Counted from the first letter of the stretch, positions 13,185 through 25,706 are shown. The stretch is DNA of 64,000 bases from Squalus acanthias (GCA_030390025.1 JASTWF010000034.1:248001-312000), one strand, 5' to 3'. Program-made: numbers and translations. Notes: generated by a model not told the origin, from the letters alone.

Positions 13185-13352
13185 GGACCCTGATTGTATC
13201 AGTGCAGGGTTTCCCTCTTCTATTAATAAGGGATTCCTTTCAATGTGTTATCCCATTGTGTCAGTGACAGCATCACCTCCGGCACTAGCAGGCGTGCTGC
13301 TCCACCGAGCGGGAGTCGGAATCTGAGACCAGTAGATTGGAATGTTACAACA

Positions 13353-13533
13353 ATGGATTGGAATCTGAGAACAGTAGATTGGAATGCTACAACAACGGGC
13401 AGGAGTTTCAGCTCGCTGTTTAACTTTCTTTCATATTATTATGATTATCTATCATTCGACAGACGGATGGAGTTGGCACTTCAGATTATTCAACACTTTT
13501 ACTATCCCCTCGTTGCTGCTGTTGGTGTTCCTG
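13353..13533 (+). CDS. GPR139-like: GPR139/GPR142-like class-A GPCR, exon 1 (N-terminus, start of TM1)
   Basis: MDWNLRTVDWNATTT..FYYPLVAAVGVP then G|GTAAGT donor at 13534; phase 1 matches exon 2; alternative ATG at 13468. Confidence 0.85.
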
Positions 13534-13599
13534 GTAAGTCTCTATATCCAGAAATTGGATCAGTAAACCACATTTCACTGTATTACTGTTTGTCATTTA

Positions 13600-14090
13600 A
13601 ATCTTGGGAAGAGCAAAGCCATTGTCTTCGGTCCTCGTCACGAACTCCATTCTCTATCTACCGATTCAGTCCCCCTCGCTGGTCAATGTCTGAGGCTGAA
13701 CCAGGCTGTTTGCAACCTCTGCGATCTCTTTGTCCCTGAGCTGATTTCCGAAGTCATATCTTCTGAATCACCAGTCCTGCCTACTAACACCTCCAAAATT
13801 TCACCCATCTCCACTCCACCTCAGCCCTTACGCTGCATAAAACCTCATCCGTGCCTTTGTTAAATTCAGACTCGACTATTCCAATGCTCCCCTGTCCGGC
13901 CTCCCAGTTACAAGCCTCCATAAACTAGAGCTCAATCAAAACTCTGCTGCCCATATCCTAACTCGCATCATATCCCGTTCATCCATCTCCCCTGTGCTCA
14001 CTGACCAACATTTGCTCCCGATCTGGCGACAACTCTATTTTAATATTCTCATCCTTAAGTTCAAATTCCACCACGGCCTCACCCCTACAA
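13600..14090 (+). mobile_element. L2 LINE ORF2 fragment
   Basis: Decayed 'LIRAFV..RLDYSNA..QNSAAHIL..ISPVL..' L2 C-terminal region. Confidence 0.7.
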
Positions 14091-14254
14091 TTAGTTCCAA
14101 TCCCTGCTCTTTTCCCATAGTCCTGCAAATTGTTCCCCTTCAAGTGTTTAAACAATTCCTATTTTAAAGTTAATTTATTTACCTCTGTAACTCTCCCAGT
14201 CTTTCTGTCACTATTTTTATTTGTCTCTTTCTTTCTCCTTCTTTCTCTTGCTCA

Positions 14255-14600
14255 AAGAATCATAGAATTGCACAGCACAGGAGGAGAGCATTCGGCCCAT
14301 CGTGTCCATGCCGACTCTTTGAAAGAGCTATCTAAATAGCCCTGCTCTTTAGCCAGAGCCCTGTAAATCAACTAATTATCCCATTCCCTTTCGAAAATTA
14401 CTATTGAATCTGCTTCCACCACATTCTGAGTCAGTGCATTCCAGATCACAACAACTCACTGCGTAAAGATAAATTCTCCTCATCTCTCCTCTGGTTCTTT
14501 TGCCAATTACATTAAATCTGTGCCCTCTGGTTACCCACTATTCTGCCACTGGAAAGTGACTTACTCGCTCAAAACCCAGCATGATTTCCAACAATTGTAT
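14255..14600 (-). mobile_element. CR1 3' tail fragment
   Basis: agaatcatagaa..cattcggcccatcg tail hairpin on the reverse strand. Confidence 0.7.
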
Positions 14601-16830
14601 CTCCCCTTATGGAAAAGGACAAAGATAGGCCAGGTGTAAAAGTTCTGAATTGGGGAAAGGCCAATTTTACTAAGCTGAAATGTGATGTTACAAAAGTGGA
14701 TTGGAAACAGCTTCTTGAAGGGAAATCAGTGCCAGGAGGCAGTCAAAGAGGAGATAGTCAGGCTTCAGAGCAAATATGTTCCGAAAAATAATAAAGGAAG
14801 GTTTTCCCAAACCTAGAGCCCCTTGGATGTCAAGGAACATACAGGGTAGGATAACGCAACAAAGGGAAGCTTTTGAAAGATACTGAGAGCTCAACACGAC
14901 AGAAAGCCGAGAGGAGTATAGAAAGTGCAGAGGTGAATTTAAAAACAAAAGGAAATTAGAGCACAGCGAGGGCATCAAAAATATTGGCAAGTAAAATCAA
15001 GGAAAACAAAGATATTTTATAAATACATAAAGAGCAAGAGGATAACTAAGGAAAGATTGAGCCTATTAGAGATCGAAAAGGTAACCAGACAGAGTGTAGA
15101 GGCGGAAGACGTGGGTACGGATCTTAATAAATACTTTGTGTCTGTCTTCACAGCAGAGATGTAGACATTGTAGTTAAGGAGGAGGAGTGTGAAATATTAG
15201 ATGAGATAAACTTAGTGAGAGTAAACATTAAGGAGTTCAGCATCTTTGAAAGTATATAAATCTTGAGGGCTGGGTAAAATGTATCCCAGGCTTTTAAGAG
15301 AGGCAAAGGAGGAAATAGCGGAGGCTCAGACCATCCTTTTCCAATCCTCTCAGGCTGCTGACATGGTCAAGAGGACTAGAGGACTGCTAACGTTGTACCG
15401 TTGTTTAAAAAGGGAGAAAGGGATAGACCGAATAATTACAGGCCAGTCAGCCTATCTTCGGTGGTAAAAAAATAATTGGAAAATTTCTGATTGCCAATAT
15501 AAATCGACATTTTGAAAGTCACGTATTAAAAAAGGACAGACAGCATGGATTTTTTAAGGGAAGGCTGTGCATGAGTAACTTGATTGAATTTTTTGAGAAC
15601 GTAACGAGGAGGGTCGATGAGGGTTGTGAATTTGATGTAGTTCACATCGATATTAGCAAAGCCTTTAACAAGGTCCCAAATGACATGTTGGTCAAAAAAG
15701 TAAAAGCCCATGGCATCCAAGGGCAAGTGGCAAGTTGGATCCAAAATTGGCTCAGTGTCAAGAAGCAAAGGGTAGTGGTCGACTGATGTTTTTGTGACTG
15801 GAAGGCTGTTTTCAGTGGGCTTCCGCAGAGCTCATTAGTCGGAAACTTTTTGCGGTATATATCAATGATGTAGACTTCCGTCTTGAAGCCACGATTAAGA
15901 AGTTTGCAGATGATACAAAATTAGCCGTGTGGTTGATAATGAAGAAGAAAGCTTTAGGCTGCAGGAAGATATCAATGGACTGGTCTGGTGGGCAGAAAAT
16001 TGGCAAATGGAATTCAATCCGGAGAAGTGAGAGATAATGCATTTGGGGAGGGCTAACAAGGCAAGGGGCTACACAATAAATGGTAGGGGAGAATGAGAAA
16101 TGTAGAGCAACAGAGGGACATTGGAGTTCATGTCCACAGATCCCTGAAGAAATCAGGACAATTAGATAAGTTGGTTCAGAAGGCATAGAGGATACTTTGA
16201 TTTATTAGTCGAGGTATAGATAATAAGATCAGGGACGTTATGCTAGAACGGTATAAAACGCTAGTTTAACCACAGCTACAGTACTGTGTACAGTCTGGTC
16301 ATCATATTGCAGGAAAGATGTGCTTGCACTAGAGAGGGTACAGAGGAGATTTAAGATTTTGTTGCCAGGACTGGGGAACTTTAGCTATGAGGAAATATTG
16401 GATAGGCTGGGGTTCTTTTCTTTGGAACAGAGCAGGTTGAGGGGAGATTTAATTGAGGTGCACACAATTATGAAGGGCCTGGATAGAGTGGATAGGAAGG
16501 ACTTATTTCCCTTCGCAGAGAGGTCAATAACCAGGGGAATAGATTTAAAGTAATTGGTAGAAGCATTAGAGGGGTGATAAGGCGAACTTTTTCACCCAGA
16601 GGGCGGTGGGGCTCTAGAACTCACTGCCGGAATGGGTGGTAGAGACAGAAACCCTCATCACATTTAAAAAGTACTTGGATGTGCAATTGAAGTGCCGCAA
16701 CCTACAGGACTAGGGACCAAGAGCTGGAAAGTGGGATTAGGGTGGATAGCTCTTTTGCGACCAGCACAGACTCGATGGGCCGAAAGAACTCCTTCTGTGC
16801 CATAAATTTCTAGGATTGCATATTTCTATG
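14600..16830 (+). mobile_element. Decayed CR1 ORF2 and 3' tail
   Basis: Fragments NLIEFFE, DISKAFNKVP, FADDTK, ALERVQRRF; many stops. Confidence 0.9.
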
Positions 16831-16859
16831 TTTCTTAATCTTCTCTGCTCTAACAAGAA

Positions 16860-17400
16860 CATATATTACATCTACTGGTTCCCCTTTATCTACCCTGCTA
16901 GTTACACCCTCCAAAAACTCTAATAAATTTGTCAAACACGATTTCCCTTTCATAAAACCATGTTAACTCTGCCTAATCATGTAATGATTTTCTAAGTGAC
17001 TTGATGCCACTTCTTTAACAATGGATTCCAGCATTTTCCCGACGACTGATGTCAGGCTAACTGGCCTGTAGTTCCCTCTTTTCTCTCCCTCCTTTGCGAA
17101 CTTCCAATCCGCTGAGACCATTCTAGAATCTAGGGAATTTTGGAAGATCAAAACCAATGCATCCACTAACTCTTCAACCACCTCTTTTAGAACCCTAGGA
17201 TGTAGGCCGTCCGGTCCAGGGGATTTGTCGACTCTCAGTCCCATTAGTTTCTCTAGTACATTTTCTCTGCTTATAACAATTACATTTAGTTCCTCACTCT
17301 CATTAGACCCTTGGTTCCCACCATTTTTGGTATGCATTTTGTGTCTTCTACTTTATATTTCTTGCTAGTTTTCTCTCATTCTATTTTCTCCCGTTTAATT
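16860..17400 (-). mobile_element. CR1 ORF2 fragment
   Basis: DKSPGPDGLHPRVLKE, NYRPVSLTSVVGKMLE. Confidence 0.85.
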
Positions 17401-17785
17401 AATGATGGTAATTCCGAGCCACTTTTGGTGATGGACATTGACGTTTCCCCCTCCCGACTAACAGTATAATGTGTGCCCTTTCTGCTCTCGGTGCTCCCAT
17501 CAACTGGTGTTCATCATTAAGATGTGCCGATTCATCAGCTGAGGGAGGGCGATATTTGGTAATCGGCAGGAGGTTACCTTGCCCATGTCTGACTGGATGT
17601 CATGAGACTTCATTATATCCTTAGGCAAAGTTGAGGATTCGCAGGTTCTCACCCACGAGTCTGTATACCCCTGTGCCCCCACCTCTGGTTGGCCTGTGCT
17701 GCCAGTGGAACAGGACACAGCCTGGGATGGTGAAGGAGGATTCGAGAATGTTGACTGATAGTTATGATTCTGTGAGTATTACTGT
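17400..17785 (-). mobile_element. Decayed LINE endonuclease fragment
   Basis: Reverse-strand similarity to APE domain (GNVNVHHQKWLG-like). Confidence 0.45.
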
Positions 17786-18019
17786 GCGAGAATTCAATGT
17801 TTCCAGAGCGTTTCATGGAGTATTGGGTGCTTACAGGGTATTTATCTCATTGGTTAATATTTTTAAGGTTTTCCTTTGATTCCTTGATATCAAACCTTTG
17901 TTCCTTTTAATTTTACTTTACCTCGGTCAAACACCATGACATGTTTGTCTGGGCAAGATCACTCTTTCTAAATATGTTGTTCTTATTCTTGTTCTAGTTT
18001 CAGGCAATAGAGAAATGAA

Positions 18020-18375
18020 CTGGGGATGAAATTCCTGGACTGAGGCGGGAGCCGTGTAATCTAGGAGGCCCTGGGAATGAAATTCCTGGACTGAGGCAGG
18101 AGCAGTGTAATCTAGGCGGCCCTGGGAGTGAAATTCCTGGACTGAGGCGGGAGCCGTGTAATCTAGGAGGCTCTGGGAGTGAAATTCCTGGATTGAGGTG
18201 GGAGCAGTGTATTCTAGGTGTCCCTGGGTGTGAAATACCTGGATTTAGTTGGGAACAGTGTAATCTAGGCAGCCCTGGGAATGAAATTCCTGGATTGAGC
18301 TGAGAGCAATGTGAACTAGGCAGCCCTGGGAATGAAATTCCTGGATTGAGGCGGGAGCAATGTCATGTAGGCGAG
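18020..18375. repeat. 51-bp minisatellite, ~7 copies
   Basis: ccctgggaatgaaattcctggactgaggcgggagcagtgtaatctaggcgg in tandem. Confidence 0.92.
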
Positions 18376-18589
18376 TCCCATCATTCCATCACTGGGATAA
18401 TCTCTCAGATCCTGCCGTTTATGACCATTTGTTTAATGTTTTTTTTTTATTCTGATGGACTGGTATGGAATAAATCAGAGAACAACTGTGCAGAAACCCA
18501 TTTTTTCAGTGATCTGCACAGAGTGATCCTAAATGGAGTGGTTAGAAACAGAGTGCTAAGGTTGTGAATTTAGAGAGCGAAGCAATTAG

Positions 18590-19665
18590 GGGCAGAGGGA
18601 GAAGGAGGAGAGTGCGAGATGAGCGGCCGGAGATAAAGGTAGGCCAGAGAACCCGGAGCGGGGAGGAGAGCAAGGTGCGAGTTAAGTGACGTCAGCACAA
18701 GGGAATGCCCTGAAAAGAAAATAAATGGTTAGTAGATTTTGATTAATTTAAGTCCTGAGTTTAATTCTGTTAAGTTAGTTAATAGTCTATTAAAAAGAGA
18801 CATGGCAGGGCACATCAGACCCGTGGAATGCACATCTTGTGCCATGTTGGAACTCCAGGACACTTCCCACGGGTTTCGGAGCTTGAGCAGCAGCTGGCGT
18901 CACTGCGGTGCATCCGTCAGGCTGAGAGCTCCGTGGATAGCACGTTTCAGGAGGTGGTCACCTCGCAGTTTAAGAGAGCGCAGGCAGAGAGGGAATGAAT
19001 GGCCGTCAGACAGACAATGAGGACCAGGCAAGTAATGCAGGAGTCCCCTGAATGCATTTCACTCTCTAACCGGTACGCATTTGCACCTCTGGGGAGAACA
19101 GCCAGAGACAAGTCCACGGAAACACGGGTGGCTCAGCTGTAGCGGGGGGACGTGGGGGGGGGGGGGCGGGGCGGGGGGAGGAGGAAGATTGGGAAAGCAA
19201 TAGTGGTAGGGGATTAGATAGTGAGGGAACAGACTGGCTTTTCTCCAGCCGCAGACGTGACTCCAGGATGGTATGTTGCCTCCCTGGTAGCAGGGTCAAG
19301 TATGTCACTGAGTGGCTGCAGGACATTCTGAGGGGGCAGGGTGAACAGCCAGAGGTCGTGGTCCATATTGGTATCATCCACAGAGGTAGAAAGAGGGATG
19401 TGGTCCTGCAGGCAGACTATAGGGAATTGGGAGCGAGATTAAAAAGCAGGACCTCGAAGATTGTAATCTCTGGATTACTCCCGGTGCCACGAGCTAGTCA
19501 GTATAGAAATAGAACGATAGAGCAGATGGATGCTTAGCTGGAGAGACGGTGCAGAAGGGAATGCTTTAGATTCCTGGGACATTGGGACCGGTTCTGGGGA
19601 AGCTGTGACCTGTACAGGTCGGCGAGGTTGCATATCAACAGAGCGGGAACCAATGTTCTCGCAAT
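18590..19665 (+). mobile_element. CR1 5' UTR and ORF1 fragment (CxxC + esterase)
   Basis: MAGHIRPVECTSCAMLE; MVCCLPGSRVK..VVVHIG..SGLLPVPRAS. Confidence 0.8.
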
Positions 19666-19696
19666 TGGTGGGAGAGGTGGGGGCGTTGCTGGTATA

Positions 19697-20840
19697 ATAG
19701 AATCATAGAAAATAGGAGCAGGAGTAGGCCATTCGGCCCCTCTTGCCTGCTCCACCATTCAATGCGATCATGGCTGATCATCCAAATTCAGTACCCTGTC
19801 CCTGCTTTCTCCCCATATCCCTTGATCCCTTTGTCCTTAAGAAATATATCCAACTCCTTCTTGAATCTATTTAATGAATTGGCCTCTACTGCCTTCTGTG
19901 GCAGAGAATTCCACAGGTTCACCACTCTCTGGGTGAAGAAATTCCTCCTCATTTCTGTCCTAAATGGCTTACCCCTTATCCTTAGACGTTGACCCCTGGT
20001 TCTCGACACCCCGACCATCGGGAACATCCTTCCTGCATCTAGCTTGTCCTGTCCTGTCAGAATTTTATAAGTTTCAATGAGATCCCCTCTCATTCTTCTA
20101 AACTCCAGCGAGTATAAACCCAATCGACCCAATCTCTCTTCATACGTCATTCCTGCCATCCCAGGTATCAGCCTTGAGAATCTTCGCAGAACTCCTTCCA
20201 TGGCAAGAACATCCTTCCTCAGATAAGGCGACCAAAACTGCACACAGTACTCAAAGTGTGGTCTCACCAAGGCCCTGTACAACTGCAGCAGGACATCCTT
20301 GTTACTGTACTCAATCCCCCTCGCTATGAAGGCCAACATACCATTTGCCTTCTTAACAGCCTGCTGCACCTGCATGCTTACCTTCAGCGACAGGTGCACA
20401 AGGACACCCAGGTCTCGTTGCACTTCCCCTTTTCCCAATCTATTGCCATTCAGATAATAATCTGCCTTTCTGTTTTTGACACCAAAGTGGATAACCTCGC
20501 ATTTATCCACGTTATATTGCATCTGCCACGTTCCTGCCCAATCACCCAACCTGTCCAAATCATCCTGGAGTTTCTCGGCATCCTCCTCGCAGCACACACG
20601 CCCACCCAGTTTTGTGTCGTCTGCAAACTTGGAGATATTAAATCTAGTTCCCTTGTCTAGATCATTCATATATATTGTGAACAGCTGGGGTCCAAGGACC
20701 AATCCCTGCGGTACAACACTAGTCACTGCCTGCCACTCGGAAAAAAGACCCGTTTATTCCAACGCTTTGCTTTCTGTCTGCCAACCAGTTCTCTATCGAA
20801 GTCAATACCTTGCCCCCAATCCCATGTGCCTTAACTTTAC
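19697..20840 (-). mobile_element. CR1 3' copy (same subfamily as B)
   Basis: ORF 19788..20726 RT C-terminal half is open, followed by tail. Confidence 0.93.
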
Positions 20841-22955
20841 ATGCTAGAGTCCATTATAAAAGATGTAATAGCAGAGCACTTGGAAAACAGTGACAGGATC
20901 GGTCAACGTCATCATGGATTTACAAAAGGTAAATCATGCCTGACTAATCTACTGAAATTTTTTGAGGATGTAACTGGTAGAATAGATAAGGGAGAACCAG
21001 TGGATGTGGTGTATTTGGACTTTCAGAAGGCTTTCGATAAGGTCCCGCATAAGAGATTAGCGTGCAAAGTTAAAGCACATGGAATTGGGGGCAAGGTACT
21101 GATTTGGATAGAGAACTGGTTGGAAGACAGGAAGCAAAGAGTTGAAATAAACGGGTCTTTTTCCGAGTGGCAGGCAGAGACTAGTGGGGTACCGCAGGGA
21201 TCGGTGCTAGGACCCCAGCTATTAACAATATATATTACTGATCTAGACGAGGGAAATAGATATAATGGGCCGAAAATTGATCCCGGGACGCGAGAGTACG
21301 CACTGCGTACTCTCGCGTATTCCCACTCCAATTGCCGGTTTTCTGCATGCCCTACGCATGCGCTGAAAACCGGCAATTGCTCTTCTGAAAAGGGGGCGGG
21401 GCCTGGGTGCATCGCGTGCGCGCTACAGGCTGCGCGCACGCTGTGCACTTCATGCTTTGGACGCGCAGGTAAGTAGGGAAGATTTTGGACATGTAAAAAG
21501 GAGGAGTAAGACCCGCTTTTAAGAAGGTAAGTAGTGAATTAAGTATTTTTTTGAATTTTTTTTTACAGGTATATCTTTTTTATAGACTTTAAAGACAGGT
21601 AAGTTTATTTTTATAACTTTTTAAAAGATTTTAAATTTTTTCAAAAATTTAATTTTTTATTTAAAATGGTTAATTTAATTAACTATACTTATTTTATTAA
21701 TGTGATGGTTTTTTTTAATTTAATTGAGGTTTAGCTGTTATTTTGGGGGGGTGTAAGATTCATAAGTCTCACAGCCATGCTGTGAGACTTATGAATGGAA
21801 GATGGTGTGCTGCCATTGGCTCTAACTGAGTCACGTGATCCCACAGCTCGCACGAATTCACTGCGCCGCTGGGATACGCAAGCCCAGCACAGCTGATGTC
21901 TGGAACATCAAGTTCGTGCGAGCTGGATCAGAAAAAGCATAAGCGAGGTGAGACATCACGGGGAAGGCTTACCCCCGCGGGAACAGAGCGAGATCAATTT
22001 CTGGGCCAATATCTCTAAGTTTGCAGACGACACAAAGCTGGGTGGAGGGGTGTGCTGTGAGGAGGATGCAGAGAAACTCCAGTATGATTTGGAAAGGTTG
22101 GGTGATTGGGCAGATGCATGGCAGATGCAGTATAATGTGGATAAATGCGAGGTTATCCACTTTGGTGGCAAAAACAGGAAGACAGATTATTATCTGAACG
22201 GCAATAGATTGGGAAAAGGGGAAGTGCAACGAGAGCTTTGAGTCCTTGTGCACCAGATGCTGAAGGGAAGCATGCAGGTGCAGCAGGCGGTTAAGAAGGC
22301 AAATGCTATTTTGGCCTTCATAGCGAGAGGATTCGAGTACAGGAGCAAGGATGTCTTGCTGCAGTTGCACAAGGCCTTGGTGAGACCACACCTCGAGTAT
22401 TCTTTGCAGTTTTGGTCGCCTTATCTGAGGAAGGATGTTCTTGCCATGGAGGGAGTGCAGCGAAGATTTACCAGACTGATACCTGGGATTGAAGGAATGA
22501 CGTATGAAGAGAGATTGGGTCGATTAGGCTTATATTCACTAGAGTTTAGAAGAATGAGAAGGGATCTCATTGAAACTTATAAAATTCTAACAGGACTTGA
22601 CAGACTAGATGCAGGAAGGATGTTCCCGATGGCGGGGGAGTCCAGAACCAGGGGTCACAGTCTAAGGATGAGGTCAAGCCATTTAGGACAGAGATGAGGA
22701 GGCATTTATTCACCCAGAGAGTGGTGAACCTTTGGAATTCTCTACCACAGAAGGCAGTTGAGGCCAATTCATTCAATATATTCAAGAAGGAGATAGATAT
22801 ATTTCTTAAGGCTAAAGGGGTCAAGGGATATGGGGAGAAAGCAGGGACAGGGTACTGAATTTGGATGATCAGCCATGATCTCATTCAATGGCGGAGCAGG
22901 CTCGAGGGGCCGAATGGCCTAATCCTGCTCCTATCTTCTATGCTATGCTTCTATG
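20841..22955 (+). mobile_element. CR1 3' copy (same subfamily), interrupted by MITE copy 2
   Basis: ORFs 20841, 21948 and 22248 are RT segments; tail near 22900-22955. Confidence 0.93.
21267..22007 (+). mobile_element. MITE copy 2
   Basis: TIRs gggccgaaaattgatcccg / cgagatcaatttctgggcc; AAT TSD (21264-21266, 22008-22010); removing it restores the host RT. Confidence 0.93.
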
Positions 22956-22991
22956 CTTCTTCATCCCAGAAGCCATCTTCTCAGTAAGGGG

Positions 22992-24166
22992 TTAGAATCG
23001 GTGTCTTATGAGCCATTCACGGACGGTCCTTTCAGTGGCAACAGTGTGCACCTCCCTCCCACGTTGGTGCTGCTGATCCTCCTCTTCATCATCCTTATCC
23101 TCCTCCTCTCCCTCTTCCTCCTCCTCCTCCTCCTTTGGTGGTGCACCAATCCCTGGTGGCAATGGCTGGGTCCTCATGATTGCAATGTTAGGAAGCATGC
23201 AGCACACAAAAATGAAGAGGGAGACTCGCTCGGGAGAGTACTGCAGGGCTCCCCCTTAGTGGTCCAGACACCGGAACCGTTGTTTCAAGACACCCGTCGT
23301 CTGCTCAATGAGGTTCCTGGTGGCGCTATGGCTCTCATTGTATTGGAGCTCAGCAGGAGTGTTGGGGTTACAGAGCGGTGTCATCAGCCAGGTGCAGAGT
23401 GGATAACTTTTGTCGCCGAGGAGCCATCCATAGGTTGATGCGGTGTTGGAAGATGTTGACGACACCGGTCTGGCGCAGGATAAAAGTATCGTGGCAGCTG
23501 CCAGATTATCGGGCAGTGACGGCGAGTATGAGCTGTCTGTGATCACAGACATACGTCACATTCAGAGAGTGGAAGCCCTTGTGGTTTCGGAACACCTCTG
23601 CATTCTCACGAGTTGCCCGCAATGCTACATGCGTGTAGTCAATGGTGCCCTGAACTATGGGGAAGCCCGCTATCCTCGCAAAACCACATGTGCGTTCACC
23701 CTGTTTGTCCCAGGTCATGGGGAGAGATGTACTGGCGTCTCCTCTTCTACGAAGCATTTGTCACCTCCCGGATGCAACAATGAACAGGGAAACAGGAGCT
23801 ATTCACTGTGTCCCCAGTAGAAGCCTGAAAGGAACCGCTGACTGAGAAATTCAGTGCCACTGTCAGCTTCACTGCCACCGACAGAGATGTCCTGGTCCTG
23901 AGCTGAGGCTGCAGATCTGGTTGCAGGTGGCGGCAGAGCTCAGTGACCACCTCCTTTCTGAAGCCCAGCCATTGGAAACACTACTCCTCAGACAAATGGA
24001 TATAGGAAGAGAATTGGTTCCTGAATACTCTGGGAGGGTAAGGTCTCCTGTGCAGAGGCCTGATGGCCCTCCTCCTTCTGGCCACGTTTGCCACTCTCAC
24101 TCTGCGCCTCTGCTGCCTCTGAAGGTGAAGCTGGACGACCAGGCCCCGAGTTAGTGCAGCCCCCAT
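22992..24166 (-). pseudogene. HARBI1-like: PIF/Harbinger DDE transposase (HARBI1-like), frameshifted
   Basis: [81 protein letters not shown] across five ORF pieces. Confidence 0.93.
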
Positions 24167-24591
24167 CGAAGCTTCTAAATATCGTCAGAAGGAAGGTGAC
24201 ATAAAAATGAATCAACAAAGTGGTGCTCAGGACCCAAATCTCGTTCGGTCAGCTTTGAATCTCTCCAGACGTCTCTTTCCCTCTTTACATGCGTGTACCA
24301 AAAATTGTGCCGACAAGAAAAGGCAGGAAGCGGCCGCCTTTAATTAGTGCTCCCCCAGCCCCTCCCGTATGAAAACGTTCCCCTCTACCTGTCGTTCCTA
24401 GTGGCAGGCACTAAGGCAGGGGACGCGACTCAATATCCGGCCCGGGGCGCTACCGGGGCGTTGCACGCTCGACTGACGTCATGATCTGCAGGCGCAGGAG
24501 ATCGTGGTGGTAGTGTTTATTGCCAGCGCAAAACAACTAGTCAATTTCCCGAGCGGCGCTAAATTAGCCGCGCTCGGGCACTAAAAATCTA

Positions 24592-25479
24592 GGGGGAGAA
24601 ATTCAGTATCGCCCCATTTGGGGCTCAATTATCGGCCAGGTGCATAAATTAGCGCCTGGCGCTAATTATCGCCTCTGATTGCAAACTTGGCTTTTATCGC
24701 CCCTAGAATTGATTGGAGCGCTAAATCAGGCTTTTCACAGCTGTCTTAAGGTGCAAAGGCCACGGAGCGAGGCGTTACCTCAGAGCACTGGCGAAGCTCA
24801 TTAGATGTCAGTTAGGAATGGAACACAGATACAATGGCGCCGGCCAGTTCTTAAAGGGGATGGTTGATCTTGCTCTCCATCCACATCCTGCTCATTGCAG
24901 CCTTGAATCTCGGCCTGGAGAGACCTGTACATCAAATCTGCTGGAAAGAACAACGGAGAGGCCCAGGGAAAGAGCTCAGAGTGCAGTCCCCACAGTTTCT
25001 TCTAAATCGATACAAGGAAGGGCAAATGAAAATGAACCTGCAAAGTGCTGCTCAGTACCCAAAACTCCTTCACACAGCGTTGAATCTCTCCAGAAGTCTC
25101 TCTCTCTCTCAGAATTCGTGGTGCAAAAATGTCACCAACAAAAATGCAGGAAGCGTTCGCCTTTAAATCGCGCTCGCCCAGTCCCTTCCTGACTGCAAAA
25201 CGCTCCCCTCAACCTATCGTTGCTAGCAGCAGGCGGTAAGGCAGGAGGCGCCACACAATATCTCGTCCGGGGCGCTACTGGGCCGTTGCGCACGCGACTT
25301 ATGTCACTATCTGCTGGCGCATGAGTTTGTGGCGGTACTGTTTAGCGCCGCCGCAGAATGTCTAGTTAATTTCGTGAGCGGCACAAACATCGCCAGCGTA
25401 TGGGCGCTAGATGCTTTGTTCCGCATTGGTGCCCTCTTAAGGCACTAAGTGGAGGCGCTACCCAACCGACTTTCCCCCC
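24592..25479. mobile_element. Non-autonomous Harbinger-related element
   Basis: Ends gggggagaaatt.. / ..actttcccccc; 25148-25410 is a diverged copy of the Harbinger subterminal region 24325-24585. Confidence 0.7.
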
Positions 25480-25706
25480 ACATGTTTAACTGTGTTTCCC
25501 ACTTTGTCGTTCCCCATCCCATCCGCGCTGCTGTCAGCTATTGATTGTGAACATGATATCGTGTTACCAAGATTCAAATATTCTATATTCAACTCAGGCA
25601 AATTTTTATTGAAGGTGACTCTTTATTTAACGAATTTCAGTCTGCTACCTACACTGAACATTGGTAACAGATCAGAAGAATGCTGTCTTGGTTGAGGAGA
25701 CATTCA

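Noticed and set aside
13245..13739. 164-aa ORF as a standalone gene
   Set aside because: It is GPCR exon 1 read through the donor into intron and L2 sequence, with a non-ATG start
18020..18375. Regularly spaced repeats resembling a CRISPR array (also 13032-13184, 52344-52620)
   Set aside because: Whole units repeat with no unique spacers, no cas genes, and the context is eukaryotic
19697..22955. Classical twin-priming 5' inversion
   Set aside because: Both halves contain the 3' tail and overlap in the consensus with many differences; twin priming gives non-overlapping parts of one RNA
22992..24166. Domesticated host HARBI1 gene
   Set aside because: Multiple frameshifts and stops, and transposon-like flanks
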